61,220 nt of DNA, filler included, from Sluysia triapertura (GCA_046118255.1; 5 parts of 5 records of this genome joined end to end with filler, not necessarily neighbours in it); one strand, 5' to 3'. Positions 14,415 through 27,100 are shown, counted from the whole stretch's first letter. The notes: a model not told the origin generated them from the letters alone. Program-made: numbers and translations.

Positions 14415-15324
14415 TGTTGGGATTGCCACACTGTGGATCTGGGGACGAACGAAAACATATAAATCATAAAATGAAAGAAAAACTGATATCAAGTGATGAA
14501 TTGAACATGATAAACATTGTTGAAATAAGAATCTTGAAAGTTAAAACATCTACAATAATTTTAACAGCTAAAGAATACCTTGATATACCAAAGACCTATA
14601 TAAGGTGTTGAGACCCTTTGGAAGCTTAAAAGGCGTTAGAGTACCTTTGGGTTTGTTAATATTGAGATCATCTAAAACTTTATTAACCTTTAAGTATTCT
14701 TGAAACCTTGATAAGCATCTAAATATTATAAAGGGTATAAAATCTTTAAAATATTTGAGAAATAAAATCATCGTTTAAAATAATAAAGATAAGTTTAACA
14801 TAGTAATAATTAACATGAAGAAGTAGAAAAAGGAATCAGAGAGGTAAAAGTGAAAACATCTAGAGCCTCCTGAATGCCTTATAAACTACCAAAAAGACTT
14901 TAGAACCTCAATAAAACTATTTTATTAAAAAATAGTTTTAATTCTTGTGTTGTGTTGAAAAAATTTATATTTGATAATCGTGAATAATAGTTAATATTTT
15001 TCTTAGTGTTGCGTTACCTCTGGTTTCTTTTGATGGGTTGTTATATAACTGAGACTATTATAAACGTTACTGTTAATCTTGTCATTTTAATCATTTTAAA
15101 ATTGCGTAATAGAGATTGATAATAATACTAATTTGTAGTTGTGTTGTTATTAATTTGATTTTTCCAAGAGTTTAATTTTGGGGTGAGTAATTATTGAAAC
15201 TAAATAGGAGAATTATTGCAAATTTATATTTGATCTAGTGAACACTTAAATAATTGAGATTCTTTTTAAGCTAATTAAATTGATATTTATCTTAAATAAT
15301 TTAATAATTTTCAAAGACGCAACA
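14415..15324 (+). mobile_element. Apparently complete ~910-bp solo LTR (family A)
   Basis: Termini TGTTGGGATT...AAAGACGCAACA (TGTTG/CAACA). TATAAA at ~14880 followed by AATAAA at ~14910. Other copies in the window end sharply at the same termini. No TSD (GATTA vs CTTCT). Confidence 0.75.
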
Positions 15325-16477
15325 CTTCTACTTTCACTACTCTGCCTCCTTTTTTCCATTCAAAATAATCATGACAATAATTTACAAACTTACATTCCGA
15401 AGACCTGATTATCTCTTAGAAATAATAAAAAATTTGGAAACCAAGAATCCACAATGATAGATAATAAGCTATGTTATAGGTTATGTTTCAAAAATATATA
15501 ACCAGCTACCAGTGAATGTCAAATTACTGGAAGTTTATGAAATATGTAAAAAGGCAAAGTTCTTTCTGCTTCAGAAATATTATTTTATGCGCTTTTAAGT
15601 ATATATTTTGCAGTATATGTGAACGCAATATAAATTAATATATTATTAATCCATGCTAATCATTAACGTATTAGAATAGTCTTTTTCATCAATAAAAATA
15701 ATCTTATTTTATAAGTATCTTATAAGTGTCTTAAAAGCTTATTAAAGTTCTTAAAGATTCTCAAAGGCTTAAATGTTTAAAATATGTTAAGTATTATTAA
15801 GAATATATAAGTTCAAGGTTCTTCGAAGATCTCAAATTGCTATGGAGACTTTAAGGTATTCTTTAATATTTAATTCTAACATTGATAGGTCATGTAAAAG
15901 TTATTAATTATTGACAAACACAAAGTGAAATATTTAAAATAATATATACGTTTTATCATCACAATTTATGTAAATCAATTTTATTTTATTACATAAGATA
16001 ATAATGTCTTGTTGCTTAACGGTTTTTAATTGATAATTTCAATCGTGTAAAGCTAGAAATAACTACCGTAACTTTTAATCTTATTAATATTTTGAAATAT
16101 CGATTTATGATCATGTCACACACAAATAACGAAATTAAATACATACATAGATCTCATACATCATACGTTATCAACATGTTAATTTAATATTTTCATTAAT
16201 TTAAATTTTAATGACATTATAGACTTTAATTTTCGGCTATTTTCTACTAGACAATTAAAAATGTTCCGATTTAAATACATAAATAAAGAACACACACAAA
16301 TATAAACTATTACATATTTTAAATCAATTGAACTAAATATAATAAAAATTTTTATAATACAGAGATTTGTAAAAAATTATAAAATTGATGATAATGTCCT
16401 ATGTCAGATTTAAATGATTTTTATTCAAAATAAACACGTATTTACCGTAATCATTTTATCATTAACATAAGTCAATA

Positions 16478-17004
16478 TTAAAATTGCTGATAATTACGAT
16501 CTTGTCTCGATCTATAAAATCGATAAGCAAAATAAGCTAATGCAACCATTACAGCACAAAATATTATTCCCGATATGAAGGATATAGCACTAAAAGAACT
16601 ACCACTTTGGGGAGTTGTTGTTATTAGTTTTGGAGTTGTTGGTACTTGTTTCGGAGTTGTTGTTGGTGTTTGTTTCGGAGTTGTTGTTGGTGTTTGTTTC
16701 GGAGTTGTTGTTGGTGTTTGTTTCGGAGTTGTTGTTGTTGGTGTTTGCTTCGGAGTTGTTGTTGTTGTTGGTGTTTGTTTCGGAGTTGTTGTTGTTGGTG
16801 TTTGTTTCGGAGTTGTTGTTGTTGGTGTTTGTTTCGGAGTTGTTGTTGTTGATGTTTGGTTAGGAGTTGTTGTTGTTGATGTTTGGTTAGGAGTTGTTGT
16901 TGTTGTTGATGTTTGGTTAGGAGTTGTTGTTGTTGTTGATGTTTGTTTAGAAGTTGTAATATTTGTATTGCTTTCAAGAGCCGCATCCGAAATTTCCACA
17001 TACA
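16478..17004 (-). CDS. CD164/endolyn/porimin (MGC-24 family) sialomucin, terminal exon: Thr/Pro mucin stalk, TM helix, short tail with YxxPhi
   Basis: Acceptor TTTTAG precedes 17004 (phase 1). TTTTPKQTP repeats, then FSAISFISGIIFC-TM-YRFYRSRQDRNYQQF*, matching the family pattern FDxxSFIGGIVL...RNYHTL. No signal-peptide exon identified. Confidence 0.85.
16610..16955. repeat. Coding minisatellite (24-30 nt units) of the mucin stalk
   Basis: Units GGAG(TTG)n.TGTTTGTTTC / GATGTTTGGTTA vary by whole codons. This explains the overlapping low-complexity ORFs in other frames. Confidence 0.95.
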
Positions 17005-17822
17005 CTAAAATTAATTACAAATTCAAAAATTCATAAAATACTTAAGTAAGTCCATAAAACGAGTATTATAAATTTAGCTTGAAACATTTTTAAAATTTAA
17101 TATTCTACAGCATCTAATTATGTAAAATAAAAATAGAATATATTTATATAGTTTACATATTGTAAAAATATATTTATTTACACAAAAAAAACAATGAGGG
17201 ATTTAAAATTAAGAATATTATTTACAAATTAGAAATGTGGTATTTTAAAAATTGTTATTGAAAAAAATTGTTTTAATCAAAAAAATCTTTTAAGAATCTT
17301 AATAAACATTTAAAATACAAAACACAATACAAAATATTAAATACAACTATTTTAAGATAAATTGTTTTCTATTAATTTCAACTGTATATCCTTGTAAACT
17401 TATAACGGGTTTACATTTATGTTGTTTATAAAGCTTATTGCATGAAACAATATAACAATTACCAAAATATTCTATTTTACCTCTACTTAATACTTAATAC
17501 ACAAACTATTCAGGAAGCGTTATGAAACATTATGTATAGTATTAAGCAAAAAATGCAAAAATTACAAAAACTGAAATCTCCAAAATTGAGTTTTTATATT
17601 AAATTAATAAAAACGATTCGATAAAAATCTGGTTTTTAAAAATTTGAAACTATATGAGTTAAATTAGATAGTCTTTTCAAGTTAAAACCAACTTAGATAG
17701 AATTGTATTCAAAGTGAAATAATCAATAGTAAAATTAAATGCGATTATCCAATCTGATACTATTGTCGTTATAAGAATGTTTGTAGTTATTTTAGAAATT
17801 AACAAACTGAGTCTAACAAAAT

Positions 17823-17903
17823 CGTAATACGGGACTGATAGTTCAGTGGTCTGAACAACGAACTGGTTCTATTCCCGGTCAGTCCATTTTATGGAGTCTA
17901 ACA
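17823..17903 (+). mobile_element. Short tRNA-derived element (copy 3 of 3)
   Basis: GGACTGA/TCAGTCC acceptor stem, D-stem GTTC/GAAC with A-box TAGTTCAGTGG, B-box-like GGTTCTATTCC, TTTT, then GAGTCTAACA. No anticodon arm. Confidence 0.6.
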
Positions 17904-18135
17904 ATATTAATTGAATGTAACTAGAAAATAGTCCGAGGACCAAGAAAAGTATAAGTTATAGGAAAATTTAAAATTCAAAATTTCTTATTTAAGCATTAAT
18001 TAAAATTTGACTTTGCTCAATGTTAAGGCTTTCCTTGCACGAACTCAGACAAAACATACCTTCATTGAAAGGTCTTTTCAAAACAAATACATACACAGTT
18101 TCAAATTTAACATAACATTCGCATTAAAAAGTTAT

Positions 18136-18421
18136 TGTTGCGTCTTTACAAATTATCAATTACCATAAATCAATATTAATTCAATTAGCTTAAAAGGAAT
18201 CTTAATTATCCAAGTACTCCCTAAATCAAGTTTAAGTTTTCAAAATTCTCTTATTTAATATCAATAATTATTCACCCCACAGTTAAGTTCTTGAAAATCA
18301 AATTAATAATAACAGCACAATAATTTACTATTGAACAAAAATCAAAATACAATTTATTATTATTATAAACAATACTAAAAATAACTAAATTGACAAAATT
18401 AACAATAGTGTTTATAATAAC

Positions 18422-18466
<45 letters not shown>

Positions 18467-19286
18467 GATAATAATAATAATAATAAAGATAGTACAAACA
18501 AACTAAAGAAACCAGGATTGGCGCAACAGACACAAACAATATCAATATATAGAAAGTTAATAATAATTATGCTACTTAAATATTTTAGTTAACTTAATCA
18601 AGCGCAATCACGATGAAATATTATAATAAAAATTTTGGGCAGAGATCATTTCTAAAACTTAACAGTAATATCTAAAGTAAAAATATTTAATATTTTTGAT
18701 AAAATAAATTGTGTAGGGAGTCTTTCACAAAACTAGTTTAAAAGCTGGCTAAAAATCAAATTCAGTATTTTACAAAAATTGCGTAGGGTGTCTCCCACAA
18801 TATTAACTTACACTAAACTGTCTTCCCTTTAATCGAAAATAAATAAAATTGAAATTAAAATAAAATTATATTTAATAATAAAAATTACCTACAGCATGAA
18901 ACTGAGCAGCATTAATCGTGGCTCTGTTATTTGTGTTGAGTGTTAAGTTTTTTAAGCTTTCCTTTTTATACTCTTTCATTATAAAGGTTTCAGAAATACT
19001 TAAAGGTTAATAAAGTCTCAGATGATCTCAAGGTCCACAAACTCAAAGGTATTCTAATACCTTGAAAAGATTTTCAAGTCCATTTCAAGTTCCACAAGGT
19101 CTCAACACCCCATATAGGTCTTTGAAACTCTAAGGTATTCTTCACCTGTTAAAACTACTATAGGTGTTTTTAATTTCATGATCATTATTTCGACAATGTT
19201 TATAATATTCAATCAAACATTTTGTACCAGTTCTCTTTTTATGTGTTTCTCCCTCACTTCCTAATACACAACTGAGAATCCCAACA
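18136..19286 (-). mobile_element. Family A LTR copy with both termini, interrupted internally (~18560-18980)
   Basis: TGTTGCGTCTTT at 18136 and AATCCCAACA ending 19286. The flanking halves are homologous to the 14415-15324 copy. Confidence 0.65.
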
Positions 19287-19289
19287 TAT

Positions 19290-20260
19290 GTGTAATATTC
19301 ATTACTATGACAAAAGTAAATAATAAACATCTTTTAAAAGTTTCATATCTAATCCAAGTATCTTGTTTGACTTAAAGTGAAATGCAACATATTTGCAGCT
19401 GTGTATGAGTTGTCTGCTTTTTGATAGGATTTATTTGTCTCCGTACTTAACATTAATATTAGGAGAAAACCTGAAACATAAATCTTTGTTTGAAAAACAG
19501 CTCTTTTAGCGTCCTACAAGTGCCATATTGCAAAATATAATATTATATAATAATAAAATAATGATAATGAAAATTAAATATCGTGACAATAATAGTACGA
19601 AATAGTATTTGGTGGTAGCAGGAGTGATAGAAATATTAGTAGCCATAGTGAGTAAGAAAAGTAATAGTAGTAGTGGTAGTAGTAAGTGATATGATAGATA
19701 ATTGAATGTGAGTTTGCTGCTTATTTAGTGCTTCATTGTTTTGTGATTGTAATATTGTATGAGGATTTTGAATCACCGCAACTATATTATTGTTATAATT
19801 GATATTTTAATTTATTTGCTACTTTTATCAGTAAGTACTATTAATCACTTTATATAAATCACTTCTATTAAGTATAGTCCTTATTTCATTATATATTAAT
19901 AATTGTTTGTTATAAAATATTTCTGAATCTAAAAAATTGAAACAAACTTATTTTAACTACCAAATTTATTCTACCATCTCCACCGTCATAGATAAGATCA
20001 GTGTGAAGACTGAATATAAATATATATAATTTACTAAAATTATGCAAAATATAATTAAACTAAAGATTTAAATACTTATAGTAATTTTAGAGTAATATTT
20101 AGAGTAATTTAAATACTTAGAGTAAGTATTATCAAAGTAGTCCGAAATTTGAAATACGCGTCGAATTGACCTAGACATACCAATGAATCTTTATTTTCAC
20201 CACAAAGTCTTTCAGCTTCACTAAATTTAATTGTTCGATTAATTATCAAATAGCAAACTT
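19290..20260 (-). pseudogene. Degenerate C-type-lectin-like exons upstream of the mucin exon
   Basis: An AG/GT-bounded exon at 20181-20260 encodes VCYLIINRTIKFSEAERLCGENKDSL (CTLD N-terminal CY..EA..C..L pattern). 19290-19470 gives frameshifted CKYVAF / TWIRY..RC / YFC, reminiscent of the CTLD C-terminus. Stops and frameshifts are present. Confidence 0.4.
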
Positions 20261-20867
20261 CTGTAACCAATAATTTTAATAGAATTATTATTGTAACGAA
20301 CGACACAGTATTAACTTGAATTTTGTGAATTTACTTTACAAATTTTAATATATTTGAATTATTTAAAATGTAATTTCCATTGTTATATTACAAAAAAATA
20401 ATAATGTGAAATAAGTAATAATAATATGTGTCACATTCTACTATTTGTTTAAATTATTATTTGTTTTATGTTTTTGAATTTAAACAATATTTATTATTCA
20501 AATTTCAAACAAAAGTAATATTTAAATATATAAGTAATAGTTGTGGAAATATAAATTTTAACATAATATAAGTAGTATTCGTGTTCTTTTTTATCATGTT
20601 TATTTTACTAATAATCTAAAATTACACAATTAACAAAGAGTAAAGCAACAAAAAGCAAAGTGATAATTAAACCAATTAAAATAAAATGCAATAAAATAAT
20701 AAGCGTCACATTCAACTCAACGCGAAACCCCAATTAAATAATATATATAATCAATTAAAATAAAATTATAAACCGTTTAACTTAATAGCAAAATATTATT
20801 TTTTCATGAACTTTAATGTCACCATCATTATAGTGTTATCGTTATTGTTTATAATTTTACAACTCTT

Positions 20868-23030
20868 TTTTTACGTCTTTAAAATTTTATTAATTATTGC
20901 AACTCAATATTAACTGGATTAGCTTAAAAGAATCTCAATTATTTAAGTATTCATTAGATCAAATATTAATTTTCAATAATTCTCTTATTTAATATCAATA
21001 ATAATTCACCCCAAAATTAAGCTCTTGGAAAATCAAATCAATAACAACAACACAACAATTTACTGGTTAAATAAAAATCAATTAGGAATTAATATTATTA
21101 TAAATCTCTATTAAGCAATACTAAAATTATTAAAATGACGAGATTAACAATAAGGTTTATAATAGTCTGAAGGATATAACAATCTATCAAAAGAAACCAG
21201 AGATGACGCAACACTAAGAAAAATATTAACTATGATACATGATTATCAAATATAAATTTTTCAACACAACAAGAGAACACAACTATTTTAATAAAATCCT
21301 CAAAAAAATAATATTTTTAATTATAAAATAAATTCAAAAATTACTTAAAGCATGGATCTTCTCATTTGCATTACTAATTGCTAATATTGTTGTATTGTCG
21401 TTGTAGTTGTTGTTGTGTCGTATTTACGTTCTATTTATAATCTGACAATAATAACTTTGACAGTTACACAGTACAGACTGTCAAACTTTATTAGATACAG
21501 AACAAGAAAATTGATTTACGATTATCTATTATTTTCCCTTACTCTACTGAATCTACTTTTACTTAAATTAATTCTCACATTATGAATCATTAGTATTGTT
21601 AACATACATAAAAAATAAGTAATTTAATTTTAGATTTCAGAATTTAATTGATTTCTGGTTTTCACATCCAATTGTCTAATGAAAAATGTTTTAAGCATCT
21701 TATTCTCAAGCAAACCACTCTACAAACATTTCAAACTAAATTCTATATTTTCCTCTTTTATAGCAATTATTCCATATTCCATTCATTACATTTACATCAC
21801 TCTAATTATAAAAAATCAAACATTTCATTATTAAAAATTAATTAAAATTTGACTTTGCTCAATATTATGCCATTTTTGCACGAACTCGGTCAAGCCATGA
21901 CTTCACCAAAAGGTCTTTTCAAAACAAATATATACACTGTTTCAAATTCAACATATCATTCTGCATTCAAAAGGTATTCACAAAAACGTACTTTTCTTAA
22001 TTAAGTTAATTAATCTATTTTTAGACTTAATCTTGTTTTATGTTTATGGTTTTATTGAGGTTCTAAATTTATTTAGTAGTTTATAAGGCATTCAGGAGGC
22101 TCTAGATTCTTGCAACTTCACCACTCTGATTCCTATTTTTCTACTTCTTCATGTTAATTATTACTATATTAAACTTATTCTTAATAACAATGACAATGAT
22201 TTCATTTCTCAACTATTTCAACTATTATCTATGTTCCAAGATAATTAAAGGTTACTAAAGTCTTAAATGATCTAAAGGTTCTAAAGTTTAAAGGTACCTT
22301 AATGCTTTTAAAGGTTTTTAAAGTCCATCTCAAGCTTCCATAAGGTCTCAAACCCTCACATATGTCTTTGGAACCTTAAGATATTCTTTAGCTGTTAAGA
22401 TCATTATGATTTCTTTTACATGATTCTTATTTCAACAATGTTAATAATGTTCAATTCGTAACTTGTATCAGTTTTTCCTTGATTTTATAGTTCTATATGT
22501 TTCTTAATCGTCTTCTGACATACAGTTGGGCAATTCCAACACTTTTTATACTTTCTCATTATCCAATCTATCATTTTTAATAGTACTTATCTGATAATAA
22601 TATGGTTATACTTCTCAGATATTATTAAATACAAAACATAACAACTTGATTAATGAATAATCATTACATATTCTACTCTACTTCTCGCATAAATAAAGCT
22701 TTTCAGGAGCATTAGCAATGTGCATAAAAATAATGCAAAATTCAATTAATTTTTAGTTTTTCAAAATTAATCGCGTTCTTAACTCGATTTAATAACAATA
22801 AATCAATATTATAATAATTACAAAATCAACAATACAAGTCGTTTTTATAAGTTCTACTTTAACAATAATACATATAAACTAAATGAAAATGACTAAATTT
22901 CAAAATTATCAACAAATGTTTGATAATATTAGGACCACAAAAAATCTAACCAAAGAAAGCAGAGATGACACAAAAATTAAAATACCAATATCTGAAGAAA
23001 TTGATATTAATAATAATATTTATACCTTGT
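20868..23030 (-). mobile_element. Further family A LTR fragments: 3' half ~20868-21290, 5' half ~22030-22541, degenerate 3' piece ~22740-23030
   Basis: Shared blocks such as AAGAAACCAGAGATGACGCAACACTAAGAAAAATATTAAC, GGCATTCAGGAGGCTCTAGA and the terminus CAATTCCAACA at 22541. Confidence 0.7.
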
Positions 23031-23421
23031 CGAATAACTATATACTAACTTAATAAGTGAAAAGCTATAAAATAATTTGGGCACGGAATCTCCCAAAAAT
23101 CAAATAAAATAAATTTACCGCTAACTTAATAAAAATTTCCAATAAAATTTATTCAATGATAAAAAAATGTAGCATAATCATGGATCTTCCTTTCATTACT
23201 CAACGATAAGATTGTGTTGTAAATTTTTTAAGTATTTGCTTTTATATCTTTATATCATCCAATCACGCTCGAACTCACAATCAGTTATTACTCTTAAACA
23301 AATGATCAAAACCTCTTTTAAAGATTAAACCGACTAAATCGACTTTGGCATTAACATGGTAAGACCTGTCAAGCAAAGTATAAAAATTCGATTAATCAAT
23401 CAACTCTCATTTTTTTCTTCT

Positions 23422-23521
23422 NNNNNNNNNNNNNNNNNNNNNNNNNNNNNNNNNNNNNNNNNNNNTTAATTAATTAANNNNNNNNNNNNNNNNNNNNNNN
23501 NNNNNNNNNNNNNNNNNNNNN
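23422..23521. other. Artificial scaffold join N44-TTAATTAATTAA-N44 (also 12440-12539, 37446-37545, 50201-50300)
   Basis: The identical 100-bp construct occurs four times. The palindromic 12-mer puts a stop in all six frames. Confidence 0.95.
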
Positions 23522-23531
23522 TAAATTAATA

Positions 23532-23594
<63 letters not shown>

Positions 23595-24185
23595 ATTAAT
23601 AATTTAATTAATAATTCAAATAGTTAATTAAACAAATATTTACAAATTCAAATCAAAACGTTATTAATCAAATAGTCAAGATTTACGAACAATACCCATA
23701 ATAACAACAATTATAATAATATCTAATCAAACAAAGTCGTGGCGGCTTTATTTATTATTTATGCTAATTTTAGAAAGATTTTATAATTGGTCAATGATCA
23801 ACTTTGATTAAAATAATTTAAGTGATAGTTTCTATCTCTCGTGAAATCAAGGGACCTTACAGATATTAAACGTATTACTTGACTGATTAATTTGAATATC
23901 GTTTTTCAGTAAAATCCGGAATCTTGGACCGTCTGCGAATTTATTATTATCTTACAAAATCGTCGAAATAAAATTGTTATGTGTTATCTAGGATTTGTCT
24001 TTTTGGTTGTCTCTTCTAAAGTTGCTCACTTCTTTTATAGCCAATGCACATTGACAATCCATTGTTTTAATGTATTAATATATTTATTTTCTAATACGAA
24101 TCCATTAATAATTTCACAATTTATTATTAATGTAAATATTTAATATTCATTTAACTTTTTCAATTTATTTAACTTTCAATTTCAG

Positions 24186-27100
24186 CACGAATATTTCCAG
24201 TATGGAGTCAAAAGATTTCCATCGATAAAGCAGGTACAACTACTGTTCAGTTACGAGCCAATATTGCAAGTCCAACCACATCCAATTCAAATACACCAAT
24301 TCTATTGGCTAGTCGTCCTCCAGTAACATTCAACATTGGACTAGAAGTTAGACCTGGTCTTGGTCGTCATTCAATGACTACTATGGTGATATTTACTGCC
24401 AGATATATCCTAGACAATCGCAGTAGTTCACCGCTTCATTTTGCTCAGTATCAGTGTTTATTAAACAATTCCATTGAATGTAAGTAGTTCAATATATTAA
24501 CCTTAATTTCTTTATTTATTGCCTTTAATGACATTTTAAATGGACTGGACAGATTTCTCGTAACGGGTTCCGCATACTTTCGAGTTCTGACACCGTTTTT
24601 TACTCGATTTCGCATTTATTGTACTTCTTCCTCGTCCCTAGCACAAAATATTTTATTTGTATGTCGAAAATGTATTTTTTATTTTTCAGCATTTGTATTT
24701 CCATCAGTATAGAGTTAATCTAAGTGTCTTCCACGGCTTATTTGAATTATTCGAAGAATTTCATTCAATTTTGGTCTCATTTTTGCTTGCTTGTACCTCA
24801 TTTTCAGTTGCACGTTTATTATTTCTATGTCGATCAGCAAATAATTCCTCTCGAAAATTGTCTTTCAGACATGCTAGAACAAGTTCTCTGTGGTTGAAAG
24901 GTTTTTTAATTTAAGAGATTCATTAAGAATGTTACTTAATGATTATTAATATGATTACTAATAATATTATTCTATAAAATTCATTAAAAATTATTTAAAA
25001 TGCAAATCTGGAGCATGTCTTTACTTAATGTCGATAATGAATTTGAATATTGTTATTTGGACATTCAAATAAATGGAACAAGAAGAAGAACAGTTCCGTG
25101 TTCTAAAAGAAAGTTGTTAAATCGAACATGTTTAATAAAACAAAGTTGTTATTAATATAAATGAAATTACGAGATCCAAATAATCTTGGACTAATTCTAA
25201 AATATTGATATCAGTATTTTGTCACGAATTGATAGAACATCGTTACTGTTTGAAATTCGATGTCCCAATTCAATTTTGTTATCATAACTATGGGAATCAG
25301 CCATACATATTCGTCATTAGTTAAATCGAATAATTAATTTATTACCTGACAAAGTTTTTATTAAATCCAATAAATATCAAAGTTCAAATTATCTTTTTTC
25401 GTGAACTATTCCTAAACAATTTGACGAGCACATAAAAGCAACATTTATCAAATAATTCAGATACACGAAAATATATTTGCAAAATTAGAAACCTCTTCGA
25501 GTTTAAGCATCGTTTGATAAACATATTCCTCAGCACATTTGCATTCTGACAAATATTGGAGTAGTCATAATTTATCAAAATAATTTAATTTTAACAATAA
25601 ATCTTGATTGTTTCATCGGGTTTAACATTGAAAATTGATACTAAATTGTATGGTTACTGAAATGATGCCATTTGTTGTGTCATTTATTATATTAGAAGTA
25701 TTTAATTAAAAGAATTTATAAATAATGGATCGTCAATTATTAAAAGATATTTGTAAATTATATATTAAATAATATTATAATTTAATTAAGAGTTCATTAA
25801 TGATTTTTAAATTTATATAAAGGTCACACCGTATGAATAGTATAAATACATTTTAAAGTAAATATTATACTTAAAATGGTGTATAATATTTTCTCGGAAC
25901 CTTTTATAAGGTTCTTCTACACAAAAACATTGTCAACTGATATTTGATTAGTTTCAGAATGCAATTAATTTATATTATTTGATAATTTAAATAAGATCTA
26001 TAATTTTATTAAAATTAATCCCCTGTTGAATATTAAGCCGATGTTTTTCAGGTCGGATTCGTGAACTATAAATTTTTTAGATCCTGTTTAAATAGGACCA
26101 GAAATAAAATCAGTTATAATAATACCAGCAATAAAACCTCTCATAAAGAAATTAATATCTCCAGCACTATTACTAGAAAGGAAGATTTTTTCTTAACTTA
26201 ACTTAATTTTTCCATATTGAGATTCTCTGAATCCTACGGAATAGCCCTAGCACACTATATAAAATATTTCATTGATTAACTAAAACATTTCTAATTAAAA
26301 CATCAGCCAATCATAATTAAGGAAGAACATTAATAACCATACAAATTATTCTTAATAAGGGTGTGTTCACATTATTATTCATGTATGCATTTGTTTCCGA
26401 TTCGTCATTTCATTTCTGTTTTAATAAAATCAAAGTTTTTTTCGTTCTTTTGGTGCTGCTGTCTGATTCGTTATTGTACATATTTGATTTGTAGTAAATT
26501 GTTTTAAATTAATGTATGTTTTGGATCTATTTTTATCCATTGTTTTACTTTCACCAGATTTTTTTGGAGAAAGTAGTTATTTTGCAACATTTTACATTTT
26601 CCGCGACAACTTTCGGTAGTAAATTGAATGTATTTATACAATTGATACGATTAATAGTTTCACAGTATCCATGAAAAATGTTGAATTTTATGACCAAAAT
26701 GGTCTTCAGTCTAATAATTTGGGCACCACTGTATATCTCACANNNNNNNNNNNNNNNNNNNNNNNNNNNNNNNNNNNNNNNNNNNNNNNNNNNNNNNNNN
26801 NNNNNNNNNNNNNNNNNNNNNNNNNNNNNNNNNNNNNNNNNNNNNNNNNNNNNNNNNNNNNNNNNNNNNNNNNNTTATCATTATTATTAGCAAAACATAT
26901 AATGGCTCTACCGAATTCCGTTATGACTTTTCATTGGCCTCGAGAAGATTTCGTACCGCTGCTTTCTGTTCAGAAATTGAAGTTCGACAATACAATTGCT
27001 TCGAAATGGTCTGGCGGATTTTTAATCGATAAACCGAATTCATTTCACATTTATTTGAAGTGGGTGTTCATTTTTAAAAGTCTGTATTTAATAAATAACA

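Noticed and set aside
16610-16955. CRISPR-like repeat array
   Set aside because: No unique spacers, codon-multiple units, eukaryotic context and no cas genes.
16575-17036. Val/Cys-, Leu/Glu-, Cys- and Gln-rich ORFs overlapping the mucin
   Set aside because: Shadow frames of the coding minisatellite. Only the Thr frame has a family-typical TM and tail.
17831-17886. Functional tRNA gene
   Set aside because: The anticodon arm is absent and other copies are differently deleted, so it is treated as a tRNA-derived repeat.
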